Positions 45,701 through 54,830 of a stretch of DNA of 64,000 nt are shown here, in pieces. Both the position numbers and the translations under genes were made by a program. Each line of letters begins with the position of its first letter. The first letter of the stretch is position 1. Origin of the DNA: Anaerolineales bacterium (GTDB taxonomy: Bacteria; Chloroflexota; Anaerolineae; Anaerolineales; E44-bin32). The DNA lies in contig JBGUDT010000006.1 of NCBI GenBank assembly GCA_041821665.1, forward strand, positions 6,249 to 70,248, written 5' to 3'. The notes beneath the pieces are model-generated. The model was not told the origin of the DNA. It made no database searches and was given only the letters and a program-made list of their open reading frames with translations.

Positions 45701-46641
45701 AGCTCGTTGCCCTCGCAGGCGGTGTGGGCGGCGCAAAACTCGCCCACGGTTTGGCGCGCTTGGAAGGTGCAGAAGAGCTGACCGTCGTAGTAAACACTGG
45801 GGATGATTTTGTACACCTTGGTTTAAAAATATGTCCAGATCTGGATACTGTGACGTACACCCTTGCCGGGGTTGCGAATCCTGAGACGGGCTGGGGACGT
45901 GCGGATGAAACCTGGAGTTTCATTGCTGCGCTGCAGGAGTTGAATGGACCCACCTGGTTCCGTCTGGGGGACCGTGATCTTGCCACCCACGTATTCCGCA
46001 CCCACAAACTTATGAACGGGTATAAATTGAGCGCAATCACGAAAGAGATCTGCGAGAGCTATGGCATTCAGACACGATTGCTTCCCATGACGGACGATAC
46101 GGTCAATACCATCGTGCAGACTTCGAACGGAGATCTTCCTTTCCAGGAGTATTTCGTGGCTAGGTCATGTCAGCCCGTCGTAGAAGGCTTTTATTTTGAG
46201 GGGGTAGAAACCGCGCAACCGGCACCGGGCGTATTAGAATCCATACAGGACGCTGATGCTGTGATCCTTTGCCCCTCCAATCCCTGGGTAAGCCTGGATC
46301 CCATCCTGGCGATCCCTGGCATCCGGGACGCGTTGATGTCAAAGATCGTGATTGGTGTAAGCCCGATTATTCAGGGTCGAGCTTTGAAGGGACCAGCCGG
46401 GAAAATGTTTCAGGAACTCGGAATTGAACCATCAGCAGCCGCCGTTGCAGAGCATTATCAGGACCTGCTCACCGGCTTTGTGCTAGATATTAAAGATAAA
46501 GACCTTGCTGGTGAGATCAGCAATTTTGGAATCGAAGTGAAAATCACCGATACAATGATGACGTCGGATGAGAAACGTCTCACACTTGCGGAGGAAATCT
46601 TGGAAACCATTGCTTCACGAACGATGACGGAGGAAACATAG
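45691..46641 (+). CDS. cofD: 2-phospho-L-lactate (or enolpyruvyl) transferase, F420 biosynthesis
   Basis: 316 aa. Contains LAGGVGGAKLAHGL, NTGDDFVHLGLKICPDLDTVTYTLAG, WGRADETW and CPSNPWVS. Confidence 0.92.
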   Translation: MALKLVALAGGVGGAKLAHGLARLEGAEELTVVVNTGDDFVHLGLKICPDLDTVTYTLAGVANPETGWGRADETWSFIAALQELNGPTWFRLGDRDLATHVFRTHKLMNGYKLSAITKEICESYGIQTRLLPMTDDTVNTIVQTSNGDLPFQEYFVARSCQPVVEGFYFEGVETAQPAPGVLESIQDADAVILCPSNPWVSLDPILAIPGIRDALMSKIVIGVSPIIQGRALKGPAGKMFQELGIEPSAAAVAEHYQDLLTGFVLDIKDKDLAGEISNFGIEVKITDTMMTSDEKRLTLAEEILETIASRTMTEET

Positions 46642-47276
46642 TGACATTATGGGCGATCGTACCGATCAAGCCCCTGGGGCGTGCAAAATCGAGGCTCTCA
46701 AGTGTGTTATCACGAGAGGAGAGAACGACTCTGAGCCGGGACATGATGGTGCACCTGCTCGATGTGCTCGGGGAAGTTCCAGGGATCGAGCGCACGCTCG
46801 TGGTCAGTCGAGACACCCAGGCCCTGGCCCTGGCTCGGGAGCATGGCGCCAGGACGGTTGCCGAATGGGGAACACCAGATCTCAACCCGGCTCTCGTACG
46901 CGCCACCATCGTCGCTAAGCAATACGGAGTCTCAGGCGTGCTTGTATTACCCGCTGATCTCCCTCTAATCTCTCCCCAGGATGTGGAGACATTAATCTCC
47001 AAAGCGGATCAACCCCCGGTCGTCGTGATCGCCCCAGATAGGCACCGCAGTGGGACGAACGCGCTGCTGGCGATTCCACCCGGTTTGATAGAATATGATT
47101 TTGGGCCGGACAGCTTCCAACGTCATCTCGATAGGGCGGAACAAGCAGGAGTGCGTGTGGAAGTCTGTGAGCTACCCTCGCTGGGCTTGGATGTGGACAT
47201 ACCCGAGGACCTTGAAATCCTGCGACAGGAAAAGTCCCCCATCTCCATAGGTGCAATTGAGGAGGAACAAGAATGA
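46641..47276 (+). CDS. cofC: Phospholactate/phosphoenolpyruvate guanylyltransferase, F420 biosynthesis
   Basis: 211 aa. Contains [46 protein letters not shown], and [14 protein letters not shown] start with a 1-nt overlap with cofD. Confidence 0.88.
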   Translation: MTLWAIVPIKPLGRAKSRLSSVLSREERTTLSRDMMVHLLDVLGEVPGIERTLVVSRDTQALALAREHGARTVAEWGTPDLNPALVRATIVAKQYGVSGVLVLPADLPLISPQDVETLISKADQPPVVVIAPDRHRSGTNALLAIPPGLIEYDFGPDSFQRHLDRAEQAGVRVEVCELPSLGLDVDIPEDLEILRQEKSPISIGAIEEEQE

Positions 47277-48274
47277 GCTTCGATCGAGTGGCACTCTATC
47301 TACAAGATGCGCATGATTTACGAGAAGGATTAGATTACGTTCGGTATGCTGAAGAAAAGGGCTTTGACGCAGTCTGGCAGGCAGAATCGCGGCTTGTGCG
47401 CGATGCAATCGTGCCCATGGCAGCGTATGCAGCGGTCACCGAGAAGATCACAATTGGTTCCGGGGTTATTAATAATTGGACAAGGAACATTGGTTTGCTT
47501 GCGTCGACTTATTTGACTTTGGATGATCTCGCTCCCAACCGCATCATTTGCGGTATAGGTGCATGGTGGGATCCTCTTGCGAAAAATGTCGGAATCGAAC
47601 GGCGAAAACCACTGCTCGCTATGAAGGAGACTATTGAGGTATTTCGAAGACTGCTCAATATGGAGCAGGTGACATTTCATGGGGAGTTTCATCAGGTTGA
47701 CGGGATTGAGCTTGATGTGGTCCACGGTCGGCGTGAACCGAGGAATGTCCCCGTTTATATCGGTGCGACGGGACCAAAGATGATGGAACTAACCGGTGAG
47801 ATCGCAGACGGTGTCGTTTTGAACTATTGTGTTCCACCAGATTACAACAATCAGGCAATGGAGCGTCTTGAGGTTGGAGCAAAGAGAGCAGGTCGTTCCG
47901 TGGATGATCTTGATCGCCCTCAACTCGTTGTATGTTCCGTTGATATGGACGAGGACAAGGCGTTGGACACCAGCCGGGAGCTCCTCACGCAATACCTGGC
48001 ACAGCAGCCACATATCGCTAAAGCCAGCGGTGTGTCCCAGGACATTGTGGATGAGATTCAAGCCATTCTCGGTTGGCCCGCGACACACGAACAAATTGTG
48101 CAAGCGAAACACCTTGTGCCGGATGAGCTCGTTACGCGTATCACGGCATCAGGAACTCCAGAGCAAGCCAAGGCGAAAGTTCAGGAATATATTGATAACG
48201 GTTCAACCTGTCCGATACTTTACCCTGTGGGTGGCGATATTAAACTGCTCATCGATACTTTCAGCCCAGGCTAA
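47273..48274 (+). CDS. Luciferase-like (LLM class) F420-dependent oxidoreductase
   Basis: 333 aa. TIM-barrel LLM features [55 protein letters not shown]. 4-nt overlap with cofC. Confidence 0.8.
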   Translation: MSFDRVALYLQDAHDLREGLDYVRYAEEKGFDAVWQAESRLVRDAIVPMAAYAAVTEKITIGSGVINNWTRNIGLLASTYLTLDDLAPNRIICGIGAWWDPLAKNVGIERRKPLLAMKETIEVFRRLLNMEQVTFHGEFHQVDGIELDVVHGRREPRNVPVYIGATGPKMMELTGEIADGVVLNYCVPPDYNNQAMERLEVGAKRAGRSVDDLDRPQLVVCSVDMDEDKALDTSRELLTQYLAQQPHIAKASGVSQDIVDEIQAILGWPATHEQIVQAKHLVPDELVTRITASGTPEQAKAKVQEYIDNGSTCPILYPVGGDIKLLIDTFSPG

Positions 48275-48319
48275 AGCGTTACCTGTCCTCCATCCTCATC
48301 GCAGACAAGGAAGTGATCC

Positions 48320-48817
48320 ATGGACGAGGCGGAGAGAAAGTCTATGCAAAATTCTCGCATCAAGCAGCCTAATTCAAAAAATTGTTTCGCTTGTGGCGTG
48401 GAGAACGAGCATGGTCTCGGAGTGCAGTTTTACGAAATTAACGGGGATGAGCTCGTTGCTGAATATGTCGTTCCTGAGCAATTCGAGGGATTCCCCGGCA
48501 TCGTCCATGGGGGCATTACCGCCTCCATCCTTGACGAAATGTTATCTAGAGTAGCGATGATCGGTGAACCCGATCGATTTTGGATGACCGCAAAGATGGA
48601 GCTCCGTTACCGCGCGCCTGTGCCCACGGGTCAGATGCTCAAGCTCCGTGCCGTTATTGAGAAGCGGAGAGGACGCATAATCTTCACCAAAGCCGAGTTG
48701 AGGCTCCCCGATGGAACAGTGGCGGCCGAGGCAAATGGAATGATGGTTAACGCCGATGAAGCTCTATTGGAGGGCGCAAATCTTGAGGAGCTCGGCTGGA
48801 AGGTCTATCCAGATTAG
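48320..48817 (+). CDS. PaaI/4HBT-type hotdog-fold thioesterase
   Basis: 165 aa. Contains NCFACGVENEHGLGVQFY and GIVHGGITASILDEMLS. Confidence 0.8.
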   Translation: MDEAERKSMQNSRIKQPNSKNCFACGVENEHGLGVQFYEINGDELVAEYVVPEQFEGFPGIVHGGITASILDEMLSRVAMIGEPDRFWMTAKMELRYRAPVPTGQMLKLRAVIEKRRGRIIFTKAELRLPDGTVAAEANGMMVNADEALLEGANLEELGWKVYPD

Positions 48818-48842
48818 GGAGAGCATAATTCATGAGGTCACT

Positions 48843-49622
48843 ATGTCAGAATTGAAATACTCACGACCCTCCAAGATGAAGAAAGCACTCAAGCTCATCG
48901 AAACTGGCGACCCCCTCGCTGGTGGCACATCAATCACACCGCGTCGGGGAAGTTATACCAGGCTGGTGGATATCCAAGACTTGGGGTTGGATTCAATAGA
49001 AGTTAACGATGAATTTATTAAGGTGGGCGCTGGGGCTAAGCTGCAAAAATTCCTTGAAGAGATTGGGGAATATTCAGAACCGCTTGCAAAAGCCTGCCGG
49101 TTAGAAGCAGGCTTGAATATACGTCTGATGTCATCTCTCGGCGGTACGATTGTCGAAGCCGATGGACGTTCGCCTTTCCTGACGGCATTGCTTGCTATGG
49201 ATACTACGGTCATTCTCGAACCTGGGGCCAAGAACCTACCTTTGGAAAAACTCCTGAAAAATAGGAAGAAACGTATTGCAGACCGACTTATTACGGAAAT
49301 TGTTCTGCGCATACCTGAAAAGATGGCATTTGAATATGTGGCACGATCTCCAGCGGATCGCCCGTTGGTCTGTTCTGCGGCTGCATTGTACAGGGAAGGG
49401 ACGAATCAAAGCATATTCATATCTCTTGGTGGTTTTGGTGCAGTACCCATTCGCATCGCTAAATCGGAGAAGGAGATTATGGATAGAGGCAATCTCGAAG
49501 CGGCCACCCGGATAGCATCACAAATGTATGCGGAAGCGGAGGATTCGTTTGCGAGTGGAGAATATCGAAGCCATGTCTCCGGTGTCCTGGTAAAACGAGT
49601 TCTCGAGGAGGTCCTTTCCTGA
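48843..49622 (+). CDS. YgfM-like FAD-binding subunit of a xanthine dehydrogenase family enzyme, enzyme 2
   Basis: 259 aa from ATG48843 (MSELKYSRPSKMKKALKLI). Contains PLAGGTSI and SSLGGTIVEADGRSP. It lies directly upstream of the XdhD-like gene with a 1-nt overlap. Confidence 0.75.
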   Translation: MSELKYSRPSKMKKALKLIETGDPLAGGTSITPRRGSYTRLVDIQDLGLDSIEVNDEFIKVGAGAKLQKFLEEIGEYSEPLAKACRLEAGLNIRLMSSLGGTIVEADGRSPFLTALLAMDTTVILEPGAKNLPLEKLLKNRKKRIADRLITEIVLRIPEKMAFEYVARSPADRPLVCSAAALYREGTNQSIFISLGGFGAVPIRIAKSEKEIMDRGNLEAATRIASQMYAEAEDSFASGEYRSHVSGVLVKRVLEEVLS

Positions 49623-52615
49623 TGCTTATCGACTTCCTTCTTAACGGAGAATCTATCCAGGTTGGAGTAAGTCCTGACAAGACACTCCTATCGCTTTTAC
49701 GTGAAGATCTTGGATTGTTTGGCGTGAAACATGGTTGTGAAACTGGCGAGTGTGGCGCATGTACGGTGCTGCTCGATGGCGCTCCGATGAATGCGTGCGT
49801 CATGCTCGCCGTGCAGGTCGATGGTCATGCTATCACCACGATTGAATCCGTGGGTGAGCATCCGGATCAAGGTTGGCATAAGACCGAGGGTCTGGATGCT
49901 ATCCAGGCGGCATTTGTGGAGACCGGTGCCATCCAGTGCGGCTTTTGCACCCCTGCCATGGTGCTTTCCGCCAGGATGCTTTTAGAGAAGAATCCGAATC
50001 CGACCGAAGCCGATGTCCGGGAAAATCTCTCGGGGATCCTCTGCCGCTGCACTGGTTACCTCAAACCAGTGCAGGCCATCCTGCGAGCCGCCGCGGTTCT
50101 ACGCGGTGAAACGGTGAACCCGATAGAGGGTGGGGAACCATTAATAATGGATGTTTTACCCTCCGAAGATCTGCCGAGACCGGAAGGAGACTGGGAACGG
50201 GGCGGACCTGATGTGGTCACCCGCACAGAAGTCATGCCCAGGATCCAGATCGCATCGCACCAGCAGCCACACCAGACGGTGGGGAAACCAGAACCGAAAG
50301 TCGACGCACTGAAGCTTGTGCAAGGTAAACCAGCATTCACGGCAGACATCGAAATGCGCGGCATGCTTGTCGCAAAAGTCCTGCACAGCCCGGTTTCGCA
50401 TGCCAGGATAACGAGCATCGATGCGGAGAAGGCGCGTGCAATTCCAGGTGTTGCTGCGGTGCTCACTTGGGAGGACATCCCCAGAGTGGTCTACTCCACG
50501 GCTGGGCAGTCCGATCCAATTCCAGGTCCGCTGGACACGTTCTCTCTGGATCATAAGGTTCGGTTTGTTGGTGATCGTGTCGCATTTGTCGCAGCCGAGA
50601 CCGAGGCAATCGCGGAGGAGGCAATATCGCTCATTGACGTGGAGTACGAGATCCTTCCCCCGATCATCGACTACACCACCGCGCTCGATAAAGACGCACC
50701 GCAGATCCACGATGAGCCCGAATATGTCAATTTTGCGGAATCTGATCCAAGCAGGAATCTAGCCGCCCAGATTAAGATTGATATTGGTGATGTGGAGATG
50801 GGTTTTTTGGAAGCTGACCGTATCTTTGAAGAGACGTATGAGGTCCCAAAAGTTAACCCAGCGCATATCGAACCGCATGTTGTCGTGACTTATTGGGACG
50901 AAGACGATCGTCTGGTCATTCGTACGAGCACACAAGTTCCATTCCACGTGCGGCGTATAATTTCACCCGCCCTTGATCTGCCACCGAAACGCATACGTGT
51001 CATCAAACCACGCATCGGCGGCGGCTTTGGCGGGAAACAGGAAGTTTTGATTGAAGACGTCGCCGCCCACCTGACCATCGCGACGGGTCGACCGGTACGG
51101 TTCGAGTACACACGGGAGGAAGAGTTTATCGCAGCTCGCTCACGTCATCCCATGCAAATCCGCATGAAGACCGGGGTTAAGCTTGATGGCACGATCACCG
51201 CAAATGAAATGCTCGTGGTAAGTGACACAGGTGCGTACGGCTGTCACGCGCTCACCGTCACCGGAAATACCGGTCACAAGGCGATGGCGCTGTATGTTGG
51301 GGATGGTGCGTATAGAAAATCACCGAATATTCGCTTCTACGCGGACGTTGTGTATTCCAATACGCCACCTTCAGGAGCATATCGTGGATATGGTGTCCCT
51401 CAGGGCTTCTGGCCGGTAGAGAGGCAGATGGAGAAGATTGCTCGGGAGCTGGGTCATGATCCGATTGAATTCCGCCTGAAGAACGCGCTGCGGGCAGGTG
51501 AACTGCATCCATTCAGCTCAGCCTGGTCAGAGGGTCGCGAACCGCGACCGGAGACAATTAACACTTGTGGGCTTGAGGATTGCGCCGCGCAGGGCGCAGC
51601 CGCAATTGGTTGGCAGGTAAAGTTCTCGGATGATGCCTGGCATGAAGTGGCCGGCAAGCCTCATCTTAGACGCGGGATAGGGGTTGCCCTTGTTATGCAA
51701 GGGACTGCGATTCCGTACCTCGATATGGGCGGCGCAAGCATTAAGATGAACGATGATGGTTCCTTTAATCTTCTCGTCGGTGCAACCGATCTGGGGACAG
51801 GTTCGGATACTGTGCTCGCCCAGCTGGCAGCGGAGGTTCTGGGAACTCCTGTGGATGATATCATCGTGTATTCATCGGACACCGACTTTACGCCATTCGA
51901 CAAAGGCGCATACGCTTCCAGCACGACGTATATCTCAGGAGCCGCAGTCGTCCGTGCGGCGGAAGCTGTCGCGGCACGCATCTGTGACCGTGCCGCAAGA
52001 TTACTCAGTGAAGAAGGAAACAAAGTACTGCCCGCCGACATCCGGCTTCATGATCGTGCGGCATGGGGGCCGGATGGGCGTTCGATTTCCCTGGGAGAGA
52101 TTGCTCTGAATGCACTGCACCACGAGGATCAAGAGCAAATCATGGCCGTGGGATCATTTATGTCCACCGTAGCCCCTCCGCCGTTTGGGGCACAGTTCGC
52201 GGAGGTGCTCGTCGATATCGAAACGGGTGCTGTGAAAGTACAAAAGCTGGTCATGGCCGTGGATTCCGGTGTGATCGTCAACCCTCTCACGGCATCGGGG
52301 CAAATTGAGGGGGGCATGACCCAGGCGCTGGGGTATGCGGTTTGCGAGGAGATGATCTACGATGATGCGGGACGACCACGTGAAATTGACTTCACGGATT
52401 ACCATATATTCGCCGCGCATGAGATGCCAGAACTTGAAACCATCTTTGTCGAGACGATCGAACCATCTCATCCCTTTGGCGTGAAAGCGGTCGCCGAAAT
52501 TCCGATGGATGGCGTTGCCCCAGCTGTGGGGAACGCCGTCTTGGATGCTTGCGGGGCGGATGTACATACACTACCGGTGACACCGGAACGGGTTTGGAGG
52601 GCATTACGGGGATAG
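49622..52615 (+). CDS. Fused [2Fe-2S] + molybdopterin-binding subunit, xanthine dehydrogenase family (XdhD-like), enzyme 2
   Basis: 997 aa. Contains GCETGECGACTV, QCGFCTPA, CRCTGY, IGGGFGGKQEVLI, GAYRGYGVPQ and GVKAVAEIP. Confidence 0.9.
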   Translation: MLIDFLLNGESIQVGVSPDKTLLSLLREDLGLFGVKHGCETGECGACTVLLDGAPMNACVMLAVQVDGHAITTIESVGEHPDQGWHKTEGLDAIQAAFVETGAIQCGFCTPAMVLSARMLLEKNPNPTEADVRENLSGILCRCTGYLKPVQAILRAAAVLRGETVNPIEGGEPLIMDVLPSEDLPRPEGDWERGGPDVVTRTEVMPRIQIASHQQPHQTVGKPEPKVDALKLVQGKPAFTADIEMRGMLVAKVLHSPVSHARITSIDAEKARAIPGVAAVLTWEDIPRVVYSTAGQSDPIPGPLDTFSLDHKVRFVGDRVAFVAAETEAIAEEAISLIDVEYEILPPIIDYTTALDKDAPQIHDEPEYVNFAESDPSRNLAAQIKIDIGDVEMGFLEADRIFEETYEVPKVNPAHIEPHVVVTYWDEDDRLVIRTSTQVPFHVRRIISPALDLPPKRIRVIKPRIGGGFGGKQEVLIEDVAAHLTIATGRPVRFEYTREEEFIAARSRHPMQIRMKTGVKLDGTITANEMLVVSDTGAYGCHALTVTGNTGHKAMALYVGDGAYRKSPNIRFYADVVYSNTPPSGAYRGYGVPQGFWPVERQMEKIARELGHDPIEFRLKNALRAGELHPFSSAWSEGREPRPETINTCGLEDCAAQGAAAIGWQVKFSDDAWHEVAGKPHLRRGIGVALVMQGTAIPYLDMGGASIKMNDDGSFNLLVGATDLGTGSDTVLAQLAAEVLGTPVDDIIVYSSDTDFTPFDKGAYASSTTYISGAAVVRAAEAVAARICDRAARLLSEEGNKVLPADIRLHDRAAWGPDGRSISLGEIALNALHHEDQEQIMAVGSFMSTVAPPPFGAQFAEVLVDIETGAVKVQKLVMAVDSGVIVNPLTASGQIEGGMTQALGYAVCEEMIYDDAGRPREIDFTDYHIFAAHEMPELETIFVETIEPSHPFGVKAVAEIPMDGVAPAVGNAVLDACGADVHTLPVTPERVWRALRG

Positions 52616-52656
52616 CCCGACCACCCGTTACACTTTGGAATGAGTGAAAAACAATC

Positions 52657-54000
52657 ATGAGTACGATTTACGTTATTGGACATGTTAATCCGGACATCGA
52701 TGCAATCGCATCTGCGATGGGCTACGCATGGCTTCTCGCCTCTCAAAATGGGGATGATTTCATCGCCGCACGAGCTGGTCCGATAAATGCCCAGACAGCC
52801 TGGGCGCTCGAACGGTTGGATTTGAAGCCACCAATCATCCTCACGGACGCGTCTCCACGGTTTGAAGCAGTGGCACGACGGTTCGACACCGTCACACCCG
52901 ATCGCCCGTTGCGAGAGGCGTGGACAATCGTGAATCGGACAGGTACGGTGGCTCCGCTGGTAGAAACGGATGGAACACCCGTTGGTCTTGTGACAGGATT
53001 GAGCCTATTTCGGTCAATGAGCCAGTTTATCGGCACCCGTCCTGAAACCCAGGAGATGAGCCTGAGCGAACTTTTCAATGTACCCAGTCGTGAAGCCGCA
53101 GACGTCGATGTGCCCAAATTCCGGGCGAATTCAAGAATCAGAGATGGACTCCCTCGTGTCCTGCGTGGAGAGAGAAACAATTTCTGGGTTATCGATAATG
53201 AAGATCGTTATGTGGGTGTATGTCGGCAGCGCGATCTTCTCAATCCTCCCAGATTGCAATTGATCCTCGTCGATCATAATGAAGTTGGGCAGTCCATCGG
53301 TTCACTTGATGAAGCAGATTTGATAGAAGTGCTCGATCATCATCGTGTGAATAATCCGCCCACGCGCCTTCCCATCAGTTTCCGTGTGGATCCAGTGGGG
53401 AGCACTAGTACGCTTGTATCGGAACGCATTGAAGAGTCTGGCTTGAGCGCACCACCCGAGTTGGCGGGATTGCTGCTCGGGGGCGTTCTTTCCGATACGC
53501 TGCGGTTCAGCTCTCCGACGACAACGGAACGCGATCGTGAAGCTGCCGAGCGGCTCGCAAGATGGGCATTTGTGGGAGGCTCACCTCTTGAGGGTGAGGG
53601 CATCGACTCGTTTGGATTGGAATTACTCCAGTCGAGCTCCGGACTCTCAACCCGTGATCCGAAAGAAATCGTAACGAGCGATCTCAAGGTATACGACTCC
53701 GTCGGTTTGCATTTCGGGATTGCACAGGTTGAAGTGACCGATCTCGTCGCCGTGGGTGACTATCTTGAAGAATTATGCGGGGCGCTGCAGGATTTGATCG
53801 AGGGGGAGAAACTCAATTTTGCCATGCTCATGGTGACGGATATTGTGGATGGCTCCAGCCGGCTTTTGATGCGGTCCGAACCCCCGGTACTCAGTGAGCT
53901 GCCCTATAAACGACTTCCCGATGGCACGATGGATGCGCGCGGGGTTGTATCCCGCAAGAAACAGCTTTTACCCGTCGTCCTGGCTCTCCTGGAAGCCTAG
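52657..54000 (+). CDS. CBS-domain-containing family II (DHH/DHHA2) inorganic pyrophosphatase
   Basis: 447 aa. Contains IGHVNPDIDAIASA, a ~130-aa CBS-pair insertion, LVDHNE, VLDHHR, FSSPTTTERD and VVSRKKQLLP. Confidence 0.8.
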   Translation: MSTIYVIGHVNPDIDAIASAMGYAWLLASQNGDDFIAARAGPINAQTAWALERLDLKPPIILTDASPRFEAVARRFDTVTPDRPLREAWTIVNRTGTVAPLVETDGTPVGLVTGLSLFRSMSQFIGTRPETQEMSLSELFNVPSREAADVDVPKFRANSRIRDGLPRVLRGERNNFWVIDNEDRYVGVCRQRDLLNPPRLQLILVDHNEVGQSIGSLDEADLIEVLDHHRVNNPPTRLPISFRVDPVGSTSTLVSERIEESGLSAPPELAGLLLGGVLSDTLRFSSPTTTERDREAAERLARWAFVGGSPLEGEGIDSFGLELLQSSSGLSTRDPKEIVTSDLKVYDSVGLHFGIAQVEVTDLVAVGDYLEELCGALQDLIEGEKLNFAMLMVTDIVDGSSRLLMRSEPPVLSELPYKRLPDGTMDARGVVSRKKQLLPVVLALLEA

Positions 54001-54801
54001 ATGACGATCTATGAGCGTCTCGCAGATCTCGAACGCACAGGTGTCTCCGCTGCACTCGCGACTGTGATTCGCACCGAAGGTTCCGTCCCCCGTCGCGAGG
54101 GGACGAAGATGATCGTGCTCTTCGATGGGGTCATTGAAGGTACGATCGGGGGCGGCGAGATGGAGAACCAGGTTATTAAAGAAGCTCTCCTGACACTTTC
54201 TGATGGTCAACCCCGGCGCTTGACGTACGCTTTTCGAGATCCCGAAGAAGGAGATGTGGGCGTTTGTGGCGGCGAGATGGAGATTTATATCGAACCCTTG
54301 ATCTTGGTCCCGTCGTTGATCATCTTTGGCAGCGGGCATGTTGGGAGAGCGCTCGCATATCTTGGAAAATGGCTGGGTTACAGAATCGTTGCTGCGGATG
54401 ACCGGGCGGATTACGCGGTACCCGAACTGATTCCGGAAGCGCAGGAATATATCCACTGTGAGCTTGCCGATCTCCCTGATCGTGTGAAAATAACCCCTGA
54501 TTCCTATATCGTTCTCACGACGCGTGGTGTAGATATTGATGTAAGCGGCTTACCGAGCTTGCTAGAGACGGATGCGGCTTATATCGGCGTGATAGGGTCG
54601 CGCAGGCGTTGGGAGACAACTGCAGCGAAGTTGCGCGAGAATGGTGTAGATAAAGGGAAGATCGAGCGGGTCGTGTCACCAATGGGGTTGGAATTATGCG
54701 CTGAGACGCCGGAAGAAATCGCACTATCGATCATGGCACAGGTGGTCCTGGAGCGACGCGGCGGCACTGGCGAGAAAATGGCACACGCACCAAAGCTATA
54801 A
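54001..54801 (+). CDS. xdhC: XdhC/CoxI-family molybdenum cofactor insertion/maturation chaperone
   Basis: 266 aa. N-terminal XdhC_CoxI region (ALATVIRTEGSVPRREGTKMIV...GTIGGGEME) and a Rossmann-like C-domain (LIIFGSGHVGRALA). It starts at the nucleotide after the PPase stop. Confidence 0.88.
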   Translation: MTIYERLADLERTGVSAALATVIRTEGSVPRREGTKMIVLFDGVIEGTIGGGEMENQVIKEALLTLSDGQPRRLTYAFRDPEEGDVGVCGGEMEIYIEPLILVPSLIIFGSGHVGRALAYLGKWLGYRIVAADDRADYAVPELIPEAQEYIHCELADLPDRVKITPDSYIVLTTRGVDIDVSGLPSLLETDAAYIGVIGSRRRWETTAAKLRENGVDKGKIERVVSPMGLELCAETPEEIALSIMAQVVLERRGGTGEKMAHAPKL

Positions 54802-54830
54802 TCAAGCATCGGAGAAATTCAAACATTCCA

